Positions 1 through 8,140 are shown, numbered from the stretch's first letter. The stretch is 26,398 nucleotides of DNA from a virus (IMGVR_UViG_2534681993_000012); one strand, 5' to 3'. The notes: a model not told the origin generated them from the sequence alone. Translations and numbers: made by a program.

Positions 1-120
1 AACAAGTGCAACGCTCTGCTTTATGCCATGGTGATTGGTTTCGGCCTGGCTGCTGGTATCCGGGTTTATATTACCTGGGAGTCATTAATCAATCTGGCGT
101 GGAGTGCGATTCGTGGCTAA
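1..120 (+). CDS. 3' end of an upstream gene (partial, start outside window); hydrophobic membrane-like C-terminal tail
   Basis: Frame 1 is open from base 1 to TAA at 118-120; translation ...ALLYAMVIGFGLAAGIRVYITWESLINLAWSAIRG is hydrophobic. No start codon in window. Confidence 0.3.
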   Translation, partial: NKCNALLYAMVIGFGLAAGIRVYITWESLINLAWSAIRG

Positions 121-451
121 ATCCCCCGCAGAACGCAAAGCCGCGCAGCGCGCTCGGCAGTCCGCCGCCGGTGAGCGCAAAATTGAACTGGTGCTGGATA
201 AGCAGGAGCAGGAAATGCTGGCGCGGAACTGCGCCGCCCGGCGCCCTGGTCGCGATCCCTATGAAATGGCCGAGTACATCGCGCTGCTGATCCGCCAGGA
301 TGATGCACGTGTGCGCGGGCGTATAAAATCGATCAGCAGAAAACGTTGCGGTAAGTGCGGCGAGAGAGTTCCAGTTAATTCATGCCCGTGTAATGGTGAC
401 TCGCAATGCTGGGTGACTAAAGGCTGGCATGAAACGAAATTAATAGCGTGA
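104..451 (+). CDS. hypothetical phage protein with C-terminal Cys cluster (CGKCG...CPCNGDSQC, possible zinc ribbon); start uncertain
   Basis: ORF 104..451 (GTG start); an internal ATG at 215 has a better Shine-Dalgarno (AGGAG, 7-nt spacer). Charged helical N-terminal part, Cys-rich C-terminus. Stop TGA lies inside the 16-bp palindrome at 444-459. Confidence 0.5.
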   Translation: MRFVAKSPAERKAAQRARQSAAGERKIELVLDKQEQEMLARNCAARRPGRDPYEMAEYIALLIRQDDARVRGRIKSISRKRCGKCGERVPVNSCPCNGDSQCWVTKGWHETKLIA

Positions 452-459
452 CATGTCAC
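444..459. repeat. 16-bp motif TAGCGTGACATGTCAC (copy 1 of 2) containing perfect 12-bp palindrome GTGACATGTCAC; candidate protein-binding site
   Basis: Exact 16-mer repeated at 21801-21816. Here it extends to a perfect 14-bp palindrome CGTGACATGTCACG (447-460). Confidence 0.7.
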
Positions 460-500
460 GAGCAGATTATGCATGATGAATTTGACGGGTTTTGAATACT

Positions 501-526
501 GCCGCCAACTATGGCGGCTTTATTTT
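501..526 (+). terminator. intrinsic (rho-independent) terminator
   Basis: GCCGCCA-ACTA-TGGCGGC hairpin (501-518) followed by TTTATTTT (519-526). Lies inside the ORF-track extension of the terS ORF, which argues for the downstream start at 573. Confidence 0.6.
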
Positions 527-530
527 GCAT

Positions 531-562
531 GGTACTATTACCACAACGGTAACTATTACCAC
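531..562 (+). promoter_or_regulatory. tandem direct repeats GGTA(A)CTATTACCAC x2 immediately upstream of terS; candidate late-promoter activator or packaging-recognition site
   Basis: 531-544 GGTACTATTACCAC and 548-562 GGTAACTATTACCAC. The second copy runs into the palindrome ACCACGGTGGT and the terS ribosome-binding site. Confidence 0.45.
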
Positions 563-572
563 GGTGGTTATG

Positions 573-1166
573 ATGCCTGCTGAACCTAAAACCTATAAAC
601 GCAAATCAACGCAATTTAAGCCGCTCACAGCAATGCAGGAGGCTTATTGCCAGTCATACATCAAAACGCCTGAAAACCAGACTCAGGCAGCGATTAACGC
701 AGGATTCTCCCCAAATACAGCGGCAGTTAAAGCCAGTGTCATGATGCGCGATGAACGCATTCAAAAACGGATTGCCGAGTTGATGGAGGAGCGCAACAAA
801 CGAATGCGCGTCAGTGCTGATTACGTTCTCATGCGCCTGGTGGAGATCGACCAGATGGACGTGATCGACATCCTCAACGACGATGGGAGCCTTAAGCCAA
901 TCCGCGAGTGGCCGAAAATCTGGCGCACTACGCTTAGCGGCTTTGATCTGTCATCGACCATCATGAACATGAACGAGGATTCGATAGAGACAATCCTCAA
1001 AAAAATTAAATGGCCTGACAAGGTGAAGAACCTCGAACTGATTGGTAAGCACGTCGACGTCAACGCGTTCAAAGAACGCCTGGATGTTAATGTGAATGTG
1101 ACAATTGCTGATCGCATAGCGGCAGCCAGGAAGCGACTCAAAGAACGTCAGGATGGTAATCAGTGA
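573..1166 (+). CDS. terminase small subunit
   Basis: ORF track 492..1166 (TTG start); preferred start ATG 573 after GGTGG Shine-Dalgarno and downstream of the terminator at 501-526. Basic, helical protein of about 197 aa directly upstream of and overlapping (GTGA) the large terminase. Typical size and position for a terminase small subunit. Confidence 0.75.
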   Translation: MPAEPKTYKRKSTQFKPLTAMQEAYCQSYIKTPENQTQAAINAGFSPNTAAVKASVMMRDERIQKRIAELMEERNKRMRVSADYVLMRLVEIDQMDVIDILNDDGSLKPIREWPKIWRTTLSGFDLSSTIMNMNEDSIETILKKIKWPDKVKNLELIGKHVDVNAFKERLDVNVNVTIADRIAAARKRLKERQDGNQ

Positions 1167-2632
1167 CAGATACAGCGTTATCTCCTGAAGAGCAGTTGAT
1201 CGAGGATATTGCAGGGTTCACTCACGATCCGCTTGGCTATGCCCTCTATGCGTTCCCGTGGGGGGAAGAGGGGACTGAACTGGCACATGCCACCGGCCCA
1301 CGTCAGTGGCAAGCCGATGCGTTCCGAGAGATACGTGATCACCTGCAGAATCCAGAGACGCGCTATCAGCCGCTTATGCTGGCACGCGCTTCGGGGCACG
1401 GTATTGGTAAATCAGCATTCATCTCAATGCTGATCAACTGGGGCATGTCCACTTGCGAGGATTGTAAGGTCGTGGTGACCGCCAACACCGACAACCAGCT
1501 ACGAACGAAGACCTGGCCGGAAATTATCAAGTGGTCGAACCTTGCTATCACGAAAGACTGGTTTACCTGTACCGCTACCGCGATGTACAGCAATGACCCT
1601 GGGCACGACAAGCGGTGGCGGGCTGACGCAATACCCTGGTCTGAGCACAACACTGAGGCATTCGCCGGACTACACAACGAGCGCAAACGCATCATCGTGG
1701 TATTCGATGAAGCGTCGAACATTGCGGATCTGGTGTGGGAAGTTGCTGAGGGTGCGCTTACGGACGAAGACACTGAGATTATCTGGGTGGCGTTCGGAAA
1801 CCCTACACGTAATACCGGGCGTTTTCGCGAATGTTTCCGCAAATACAAACACCGCTGGAAAACTGCGCAGATTGACAGCCGGACGGTGGAAGGTACTAAC
1901 AAACAGCAGTTGCAGAAATGGGTTGATGACTACGGGGAAGACAGCGACTTCGTTAAAATCCGTGTGCGCGGCATATTCCCTGATGCATCTGAATTGCAGT
2001 TTATCCCTACCGGTCTTACTGATGAGGCAATGAAACGGGTGGTAACCGCTGCGCAGGTGGCACATGCTCCGGTGATAATCGGTGTTGACCCGGCATATTC
2101 AGGCGTTGATGACGCGGTGATATACCTGCGGCAGGGGTTGCATAGTAAGGTGCTATGGACTGGCAACAAGACCACTGACGATCTGATTATGGCGAAGCGT
2201 ATCGCTGACTTTGAAGACCAGTACCAGGCTGACGCAGTGTTCATCGACTTCGGTTACGGAACTGGTCTGAAGTCAATCGGTGACGGCTGGGGTCGTACAT
2301 GGCAACTTGTTCCGTTCGGTGGCGCGTCTACTGACCCGCAGATGCTCAACAAGCGTGGGGAGATGTTCAACTCATGTAAGACATGGCTGAGGCTGGGCGG
2401 GATGCTGGATGACCAGGAAACAGCGGACGATCTGTCTGCGGCAGAGTACAAAGTTCGCGTGGACGGTAAAATCGTTATCGAACCGAAGGAAGATATCAAA
2501 GAACGACTTGGGCGTTCACCTGGTAAAGGCGATGCGCTACTGCTGACGTTTGCGTTCCCGGTAGCCAAGAAAACTAATGACCCACGGCAGCAGCAGGGCA
2601 GGGCTATAACAGACTATGACCCATTTGAATGA
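1163..2632 (+). CDS. terminase large subunit (ATPase plus nuclease)
   Basis: 489 aa; Walker A-like ARASGHGIGKS; C-terminal acidic motifs (VIIGVDPAYSGVDDAVIY) consistent with an RNase H-like nuclease domain; position after the small subunit. Confidence 0.9.
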   Translation: MTDTALSPEEQLIEDIAGFTHDPLGYALYAFPWGEEGTELAHATGPRQWQADAFREIRDHLQNPETRYQPLMLARASGHGIGKSAFISMLINWGMSTCEDCKVVVTANTDNQLRTKTWPEIIKWSNLAITKDWFTCTATAMYSNDPGHDKRWRADAIPWSEHNTEAFAGLHNERKRIIVVFDEASNIADLVWEVAEGALTDEDTEIIWVAFGNPTRNTGRFRECFRKYKHRWKTAQIDSRTVEGTNKQQLQKWVDDYGEDSDFVKIRVRGIFPDASELQFIPTGLTDEAMKRVVTAAQVAHAPVIIGVDPAYSGVDDAVIYLRQGLHSKVLWTGNKTTDDLIMAKRIADFEDQYQADAVFIDFGYGTGLKSIGDGWGRTWQLVPFGGASTDPQMLNKRGEMFNSCKTWLRLGGMLDDQETADDLSAAEYKVRVDGKIVIEPKEDIKERLGRSPGKGDALLLTFAFPVAKKTNDPRQQQGRAITDYDPFE

Positions 2633-2635
2633 TTT

Positions 2636-3460
2636 TTACTTTTGTGTTTTTGATTTTCTTTGATAGGTGGAATTTAAATCACCATTTATATTTACTAGAG
2701 GATTATTCAATAATGTACTGATTTCTGGATTGTTAATTCCAGTAACGCCAAATTTCTTTACGGACTCATTAAGGTCTTGTAATGATTTTAGACCTACAAA
2801 CCCATTAGCAATTGTATTATTTGTTGCCAAAGGAATGTTTTCCTTATAGGACTCATATTCGTTTTTTAAATTTTTGTGAGCTTTTTCTAGATTTTCTAGT
2901 TTAGATGTTGTTTCATCAATAACCTTAGATAATTCTAAAATACGAGCTTGTGCTGCGCGCAGTTCTGTCTCCCTCTCTTTCAATTCAGATGTGAGTTGTC
3001 CCATTCTGTCTTTTGAAAGAATTATTTCCTCTTTCATGTCTTGAATGTTTTTTTCAGCGCCTGTTTTTACTTTTTCGTAAGTAATGTCTTTTTTAGCCAG
3101 CAATCTCTGTAGCCGTGTTTCACGTTGTATTTTTCTTGCCTTCCGGTGGTTTTCGATTGAGTCATTATTATCAAGAGGTTTTGCTTGCCATACGTTAATG
3201 ATATTGTTTACCCATGGTAATAGGCAGCAGATAGTAATTACAGATAAGCATGGATAAAACATAACAGTTTTCCATGTGCTGTTATCTGAGATGTATGAAA
3301 TTTTATCTATTATATTTGATTTGCTAAAAAACAGATAAAGAAGTGATTTCCAGTTGAAGGCGCACCAGGACATAACAAAAGCACCAAGCACAGGGTTTTT
3401 GGCTCTATGCACGGCAGTGTTTGCAGTAGATAAAAACAGCTCTTTGAACGATTCAAACAT
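2636..3460 (-). CDS. accessory (moron) membrane protein: two predicted N-terminal TM helices, long coiled-coil, C-terminal globular domain; function unknown (candidate superinfection-exclusion or abortive-infection protein)
   Basis: ORF track 2636..3556; preferred start ATG at 3460 (MFESFKELF...) with AAGGT Shine-Dalgarno, downstream of a TATAAT -10. Hydrophobic segments NPVLGAFVMSWCAFNWKSLLYLFF and VMFYPCLSVITICCLLPWVNNIINVW, then a heptad-rich KE/RL region. Visibly AT-rich relative to the flanking terminase and portal genes. Confidence 0.65.
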   Translation of the reverse strand: MFESFKELFLSTANTAVHRAKNPVLGAFVMSWCAFNWKSLLYLFFSKSNIIDKISYISDNSTWKTVMFYPCLSVITICCLLPWVNNIINVWQAKPLDNNDSIENHRKARKIQRETRLQRLLAKKDITYEKVKTGAEKNIQDMKEEIILSKDRMGQLTSELKERETELRAAQARILELSKVIDETTSKLENLEKAHKNLKNEYESYKENIPLATNNTIANGFVGLKSLQDLNESVKKFGVTGINNPEISTLLNNPLVNINGDLNSTYQRKSKTQK

Positions 3461-3485
3461 ACTAATTACCTTAAAGTTTTTCATG

Positions 3486-3514
3486 ATTATACCTTTAAGG
3501 TAATTTGTGGTCAT
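3486..3514 (-). promoter_or_regulatory. sigma70-like promoter with embedded operator dyad for the membrane-protein gene
   Basis: Minus strand: -35 ATGACC (3514-3509), 17-bp spacer, -10 TATAAT (3491-3486). The dyad aTACCT-TTA-AGGTAA (3489-3503) lies in the spacer and overlaps the -10. Confidence 0.5.
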
Positions 3515-3526
3515 CAGGCAAAAAAA

Positions 3527-3545
3527 TACCCGGCGAACCGGGCGA
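3527..3545 (-). terminator. intrinsic terminator (minus strand only)
   Basis: Minus strand reads CCCGG-TTCG-CCGGG then TATTTTTTT. No U-run on the + strand, so late-operon read-through is not blocked. Confidence 0.5.
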
Positions 3546-3620
3546 ACTGGAAGCAATGAGTTATGCCTTCCGTGGCTGTACTGGTTTACAGCATGAAGTC
3601 ATCGCAATGGCGTCCTGCTG

Positions 3621-3663
3621 TAAAAAGGGCGGTGATAGTCCTTCAAGGGAAACTATCACCGCC
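3621..3663 (-). terminator. intrinsic terminator downstream of the tRNA (minus strand only)
   Basis: 12-bp stem GGCGGTGATAGT/ACTATCACCGCC with 12-nt loop, followed on the minus strand by CTTTTTA. Confidence 0.55.
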
Positions 3664-3706
3664 AAGCACCTGGAACTTCTGGCATCACGGTCCTTAGGCG
3701 TGATTC

Positions 3707-3783
3707 TGGCGTGGCATGCAGGATTCGAACCTGCGACCAACCGCTTAGAAGGCGGTTGCTCTGTCCAACTGAGCTAATGCCAC
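3707..3783 (-). tRNA. tRNA-Arg (anticodon UCU, decodes AGA); phage-borne
   Basis: Minus strand folds as a 77-nt cloverleaf: acceptor GTGGCAT/ATGCCAC, D-arm GCTC...GAGC, anticodon stem ACCGC/GCGGT with loop CTTCTAA (U33-UCU-A37), T-arm GCAGG-TTCGAAT-CCTGC, discriminator G and encoded CCA. Resembles but differs from host argU as I recall it. Confidence 0.85.
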
Positions 3784-4106
3784 AACACTGAGAGCACTTA
3801 GCCTGTTAAGTGCGCCACACTTTGTCGCGGCTCCATAAATGCTCTCATCGTTGTACCCTCGTCTCTTCCGAGGCGTCACACCGAATCGCCGGGATGGTGA
3901 ATCCCCGTGCGCGGAATAAAACCGCTCGACTTGCACATTCCGGCTACCTGGTTCGTTTGCCCGAGCAAGGGAGGGTGCCCCTTAAACGTATCCAGACCGC
4001 TATCGGCGCATGTGCCATACGCCGTACTGCTCAAAATAAAAGCTCACTCCACCTGTTCAATTTAACGATAAGCCAGTCAGGTTAATAACCGGAATGAACA
4101 CTTTAC

Positions 4107-4121
4107 TTACCTGAAAGGTAA
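4107..4121. promoter_or_regulatory. operator-like dyad TTACCT-GAA-AGGTAA (perfect arms)
   Basis: Perfect 6-3-6 inverted repeat. Lies about 320 bp 5' of the tRNA on the minus strand and about 90 bp upstream of the + strand 68-aa gene; the target promoter is ambiguous. Confidence 0.55.
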
Positions 4122-4211
4122 TAATTCGTGCGTTAAATGTCAACTATCTACGATAAATAAATCATATGTGGTTAAATTGGTAATAATTTAATTGCGTACG
4201 GAGTCATTGAT

Positions 4212-4418
4212 ATGTGCATGGGTAGCTCACCGTCAGTGCCTGCAACACCAGAAGTTCAGGCAGCACCACAGGAGCAGGATGCCGCCGTTGTTGATGCCCG
4301 CGACGAAGAAACTCGTCGCCGTCGCGCTGCTGCTGGTCGTAGTTCTACGCTGCTTACCGGTTCTCAGGGCGACACATCAACCGCTAATACCAGCGGTAAA
4401 ACGCTGCTTGGTCAGTAA
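4212..4418 (+). CDS. small hypothetical protein (68 aa) preceding portal
   Basis: ATG with GGAG Shine-Dalgarno; the initiation context GGAGTCATTGA(T)ATG is nearly identical to that of the portal gene (GGAGTCATTGA(A)ATG at 4421-4435). Confidence 0.5.
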   Translation: MCMGSSPSVPATPEVQAAPQEQDAAVVDARDEETRRRRAAAGRSSTLLTGSQGDTSTANTSGKTLLGQ

Positions 4419-4432
4419 CCGGAGTCATTGAA

Positions 4433-6112
4433 ATGGCGGAAACAACTAAAGAGCGATTGAACAAACAGTTCGCACAACTTGAAAGCGAGCGTCAGTCGTT
4501 CGAGCCGCACTGGCGCGAGTTGAGTGATTACATCAACCCGCGTGGTTCCCGCTTTCTGACTTCTGAGGTCAACCGTAACGATCGACGCAATACACGCATT
4601 ATTGATTCGACCGGGACTATGGCGGCGCGCACTCTCGCCAGCGGCATGATGTCAGGCATCACAAGCCCCGCGCGTCCGTGGTTTCGCCTGGCTACGCCAG
4701 ATCCTGAAATGATGGATTATGGCCCTGTTAAGTTGTGGCTTGAGGCAGTGCAGAACCGCATGAACGATATGTTCAATAAGTCGAATCTCTATCAGTCGCT
4801 GCCGCAGTTATACGGAAGCCTCGGCACATACAGCACCGGTGCAATGGCGGTGATGGAGGATGACGAGGACATCATTCGTACAATGCCATTCCCGATAGGA
4901 AGTTACTACCTGGCTAACTCACCTCGTGGCAGTGTGGACACCTGTTTTCGCAAGTTCTCTATGACTGTTCGTCAGCTTGTTCAGGAGTTCGGGCTAAATA
5001 ACGTCAGCGAATCCGTAAAAAGCATGTGGGAAAGCGGCACCTACGAGAAGTGGATTGAAGTGATGCATTCGGTTTACCCGAACATTGACCGCGATACATC
5101 GAAGCTGGATAGCAAGAACAAGCCATTCAAATCGGTTTATTACGAGGTTGGTGGCGATAACGACAGGTTGTTGCGTGAGTCCGGATTCGATGAGTTTCCA
5201 ATTATGGCTCCGCGCTGGGAAGTTAACGGCGAAGATGTTTATGGATCATCATGCCCGGGTATGCTGGCGCTTGGACCTGTTAAGGCATTGCAGCTTCTCC
5301 AGAAGCGCAAGTCGCAGTTGATTGATAAAGCCACCAATCCGCCGATGGTTGCTCCGACTTCCCTCAAGAATCAGCGCGCCTCCCTTCTTCCTGGCGACAT
5401 CACGTATATCGATCAGATTACTGGTCAGGATGGCTTCAGGCCTGCTTATCTGGTTAACCCCAGTACAGCAGATTTGGTGGCAGACATTCAGGACACTCGT
5501 CAAATCATTAACAGCGCCTACTTTGTCGATCTGTTCATGATGTTGCAGAACATCAATACCCGCTCGATGCCTGTTGAAGCGGTGATCGAAATGAAAGAAG
5601 AAAAACTTCTGATGTTGGGGCCGGTTCTGGAGCGTCTGAACGACGAATGTCTTAATCCTCTCATTGACCGCGCTTTCTCGATGATGGTGCGTAAAAACAT
5701 GCTGCCGCCACCGCCTGACGCGATGGAAGGCATGCCCCTGAAGGTCGAATACATTTCCGTCATGGCTCAGGCGCAGAAGTCTATCGGCCTGTCCAGTCTG
5801 GCGTCCACGGTTAACTTCATTGGTCAACTTGCGCAAGCGAAACCAGAAGCTCTCGACAAACTCAACGTTGATCAGGCGATCGATGCATTCGCTGATATGT
5901 CCGGAGTGTCTCCAACCGTCATTGTTCCGCAGGAACAGGTTGAGCAGGCTCGCCAGCAACGGGCACAGCAGCAACAGCAGCAACAAATGATGGCGATGGG
6001 GATGGCGGCGGCACAGGGTGCCAAGACGCTAAGCGAAGCTAAAACTTCGGATCCGAGTGTGTTGTCAGCTATGGCGAATGCAGTTAGTGGTCAGGGTGGG
6101 CAATCACAATGA
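4433..6112 (+). CDS. portal (head-to-tail connector) protein
   Basis: 559 aa; position after terminase; C-terminal Gln/Ala/Met-rich tail (QQQQQQQMMAMGMAAAQGAK) of the kind I recall in podovirus connectors; strong Shine-Dalgarno. Confidence 0.8.
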   Translation: MAETTKERLNKQFAQLESERQSFEPHWRELSDYINPRGSRFLTSEVNRNDRRNTRIIDSTGTMAARTLASGMMSGITSPARPWFRLATPDPEMMDYGPVKLWLEAVQNRMNDMFNKSNLYQSLPQLYGSLGTYSTGAMAVMEDDEDIIRTMPFPIGSYYLANSPRGSVDTCFRKFSMTVRQLVQEFGLNNVSESVKSMWESGTYEKWIEVMHSVYPNIDRDTSKLDSKNKPFKSVYYEVGGDNDRLLRESGFDEFPIMAPRWEVNGEDVYGSSCPGMLALGPVKALQLLQKRKSQLIDKATNPPMVAPTSLKNQRASLLPGDITYIDQITGQDGFRPAYLVNPSTADLVADIQDTRQIINSAYFVDLFMMLQNINTRSMPVEAVIEMKEEKLLMLGPVLERLNDECLNPLIDRAFSMMVRKNMLPPPPDAMEGMPLKVEYISVMAQAQKSIGLSSLASTVNFIGQLAQAKPEALDKLNVDQAIDAFADMSGVSPTVIVPQEQVEQARQQRAQQQQQQQMMAMGMAAAQGAKTLSEAKTSDPSVLSAMANAVSGQGGQSQ

Positions 6113-6405
6113 CAGATTACGAAGACGATCAACTGAAAGAAGAAAACGACCGTAAGCAACGTGACATGGCACAGCGTGAAATTGATGACATTCGCTTTGT
6201 CATGAGCAGTGAACAGGGGCGTCGAGTTGTCTGGTCGGTGCTGGAGAAAGGCCGTGTGTTTTCCGCTATCTCACCGATGGACGCTATGGCAATGGCATTT
6301 AATGAGGGGCAACGCAATCTGGCGCTGGAACTGTTTCAGCGCGTTATGGCGCATTGCCCTGAACAGTATTTGAAGATGGCCAAAGAGGCCAGTGAACAGG
6401 AGTGA
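6109..6405 (+). CDS. small acidic head-assembly-associated protein (98 aa)
   Basis: ATGA overlap with the portal stop; no alternative-frame conflict. Confidence 0.55.
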   Translation: MTDYEDDQLKEENDRKQRDMAQREIDDIRFVMSSEQGRRVVWSVLEKGRVFSAISPMDAMAMAFNEGQRNLALELFQRVMAHCPEQYLKMAKEASEQE

Positions 6406-6407
6406 TC

Positions 6408-7103
6408 ATGAATTTATTTGAGTGTTTGCTGTATAGCCGTCTTTGCAATGAGCAACCAGTCGATGGTGGAGCAGCTCCGGCTGCGTCAGAACCGTCAGCG
6501 CCTGCAGGTGATAACCCTGCTCCAGTTGGTGCTCCATCACAACAGGAAGGTGATAAGCCACAACCTGTTGCTGATGGCGATAAACCTGCTGATGACAAAA
6601 AGCCTGAAAACGATAAGCAGGATGAAAAAAAGGACGGCGATAAACCAGATGGTGCGCCTGAGAAGTACGAGTTTCAGGCTGCCGAAGGCGTAGAGCTGGA
6701 TACAGAAGCATTGAAGGAATTCGAGCCGGTGGCGCGAGAACTAAACCTGACCAACGAGCAAGCGCAAAAGCTGGTTGATGCTTATCCGAAGATTCTGGCA
6801 GGTGTTCAGCAGCGCCAGGCAGAAGCCTGGCAGAAAACAACCGAGCAGTGGGCTGCGGATGTAAAAGCCGACAAAGAAATCGGTGGCGACAAGTTGATTT
6901 CTAACCTTAGCGCCGCACAGCGTGCGCTTGACCAGTTCGGGACACCTGAACTCAAAGAATATCTGAACACCACCGGGCTGGGTAATCACCCTGATCTGGT
7001 CAAAACGTTCGTGAAAATCGGAAAGGCGATGTCTGAAGATGGCATGGTCACCGGTGGTAATGAAGGCCAGCGTAGTGCGGCCGAAGTGCTCTATGGCAAA
7101 TAA
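6408..7103 (+). CDS. scaffolding protein (putative) with Pro/Ala/Asp/Lys-rich disordered N-terminal region
   Basis: ORF track 6402..7103 (GTG); ATG 6408 has better spacing to GGAG. Sits between portal and capsid; low-complexity region with GDKP repeats; helical C-terminal part. Confidence 0.6.
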   Translation: MNLFECLLYSRLCNEQPVDGGAAPAASEPSAPAGDNPAPVGAPSQQEGDKPQPVADGDKPADDKKPENDKQDEKKDGDKPDGAPEKYEFQAAEGVELDTEALKEFEPVARELNLTNEQAQKLVDAYPKILAGVQQRQAEAWQKTTEQWAADVKADKEIGGDKLISNLSAAQRALDQFGTPELKEYLNTTGLGNHPDLVKTFVKIGKAMSEDGMVTGGNEGQRSAAEVLYGK

Positions 7104-7117
7104 GAGAGGAAATGACA

Positions 7118-8104
7118 ATGGCTGTTAAAGGCTTAACTGCGCTAACGCTGGCTGACTGGGGTAAGCGCGTCGATCCAAACGGGAAAGTCGATAAGATTAT
7201 CGAGCTTCTCAATCAAACTAACCCAATTCTTCAGGATATGCCTTTTGTTGAAGGAAACCTTCCTACCGGACACCGAACCACCATTCGTTCTGGTTTACCT
7301 TCCGCTACCTGGCGTTTGCTGAACTATGGCGTACAGCCAAGCAAATCAACCACAGTGCAGGTCACCGATTCCATTGGCATGCTGGAAACCTATGCTGAAG
7401 TCGATAAGTCTCTGGCTGATCTGAACGGTAATACTGCCGAATTCCGTCTGTCTGAAGACCGAGCATTTATTGAAGCGATGAATCAGGCGATGGCGCAGAC
7501 ACTGTTTTACGGTGATTCCAGCGTTAACCCTCAGCAGTTTATGGGACTGTCCTCCCGATATTCCAGCCTGTCTGCGGGTAATGCTCAGAACATCATTGAT
7601 GCTGGTGGCACGGGTACAGATAACACTTCAATCTGGTTAGTGGTGTGGGGCGAAAACACCGTGCATGGCATCTTCCCGAAAGGACAGAAGGCTGGCATTC
7701 AGATGGAAGATAAAGGCCAGGTGACACTGGAAGATGCTAATGGCGGCAAGTACGAAGGTTATCGTACCCATTATAAGTGGGACAACGGGCTGACATTACG
7801 TGACTGGCGCTATGTAGTTCGTATCGCAAACATTGATGTCAGTAATCTTGACGCTCCTTCTACTGCCGCGAATATCGCAAAACTGATGATTCGTGCCCTT
7901 CATCGAATCCCAAATCGTGGGATGGGACGTCCTGTTTTCTACATGAACAGAACCATTAACGAAGTGCTTGACCTGCAATCTCTGGAGAAGAGTTCTCTGG
8001 CGATCAGCGTGAAAGAGACAGAAGGCGAATGGTGGACAGCACTTCGTGGTGTGCCGATTCGCGAAACTGACGCACTTCTGGAAACAGAAGCCCGCGTGGT
8101 GTAA
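7118..8104 (+). CDS. major capsid protein
   Basis: ORF track 7112..8104; ATG 7118 has better spacing to AGAGAGGAA. About 36 kDa protein after the scaffold, followed by a stable hairpin; typical capsid position and size. Confidence 0.8.
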   Translation: MAVKGLTALTLADWGKRVDPNGKVDKIIELLNQTNPILQDMPFVEGNLPTGHRTTIRSGLPSATWRLLNYGVQPSKSTTVQVTDSIGMLETYAEVDKSLADLNGNTAEFRLSEDRAFIEAMNQAMAQTLFYGDSSVNPQQFMGLSSRYSSLSAGNAQNIIDAGGTGTDNTSIWLVVWGENTVHGIFPKGQKAGIQMEDKGQVTLEDANGGKYEGYRTHYKWDNGLTLRDWRYVVRIANIDVSNLDAPSTAANIAKLMIRALHRIPNRGMGRPVFYMNRTINEVLDLQSLEKSSLAISVKETEGEWWTALRGVPIRETDALLETEARVV

Positions 8105-8120
8105 CGCCTGTTATTAACCT

Positions 8121-8140
8121 GTGGGCCGCAACAGGCCCAC
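8121..8140 (+). other. GC-rich hairpin after the capsid gene (no U-tract; possible mRNA stabiliser or processing site)
   Basis: GTGGGCC-GCAACA-GGCCCAC, 17 nt after the capsid stop. Confidence 0.3.

Noticed and set aside
6-290. ORF-track ORF 6..290 (+, 94 aa), Pro-rich; considered as an embedded Rz1-like lipoprotein gene
   Set aside because: No signal peptide or lipobox, no ribosome-binding site, and it overlaps two better-supported reading frames; most likely an out-of-frame artefact.
3707-3783. tRNA as a prophage attachment site (prophage end) within the window
   Set aside because: The tRNA is complete, sits between terminase and portal genes with phage genes on both sides, and no integrase or direct-repeat att core is present in the window.
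3505-3936. ORFs 3505..3777 (+) and 3745..3936 (-) across the tRNA region
   Set aside because: Both overlap the tRNA-Arg gene and its terminators, lack ribosome-binding sites, and have implausible composition.
3810-4085. ORF 3810..4085 (+, 91 aa, Arg-rich) in the GC-rich stretch upstream of the tRNA
   Set aside because: No ribosome-binding site and junk-like composition; the region is more likely a non-coding tRNA leader or captured flanking DNA. A second tRNA was looked for here and not found.
5249-5986. 245-aa antisense ORF inside the portal gene, and similar long antisense or alternative-frame ORFs (for example 1366..1902, 8645..9124, 9855..10361, 16139..16528, 25474..25794)
   Set aside because: Embedded in well-supported coding regions on the other strand or frame, with repetitive or low-complexity translations and no initiation signals.
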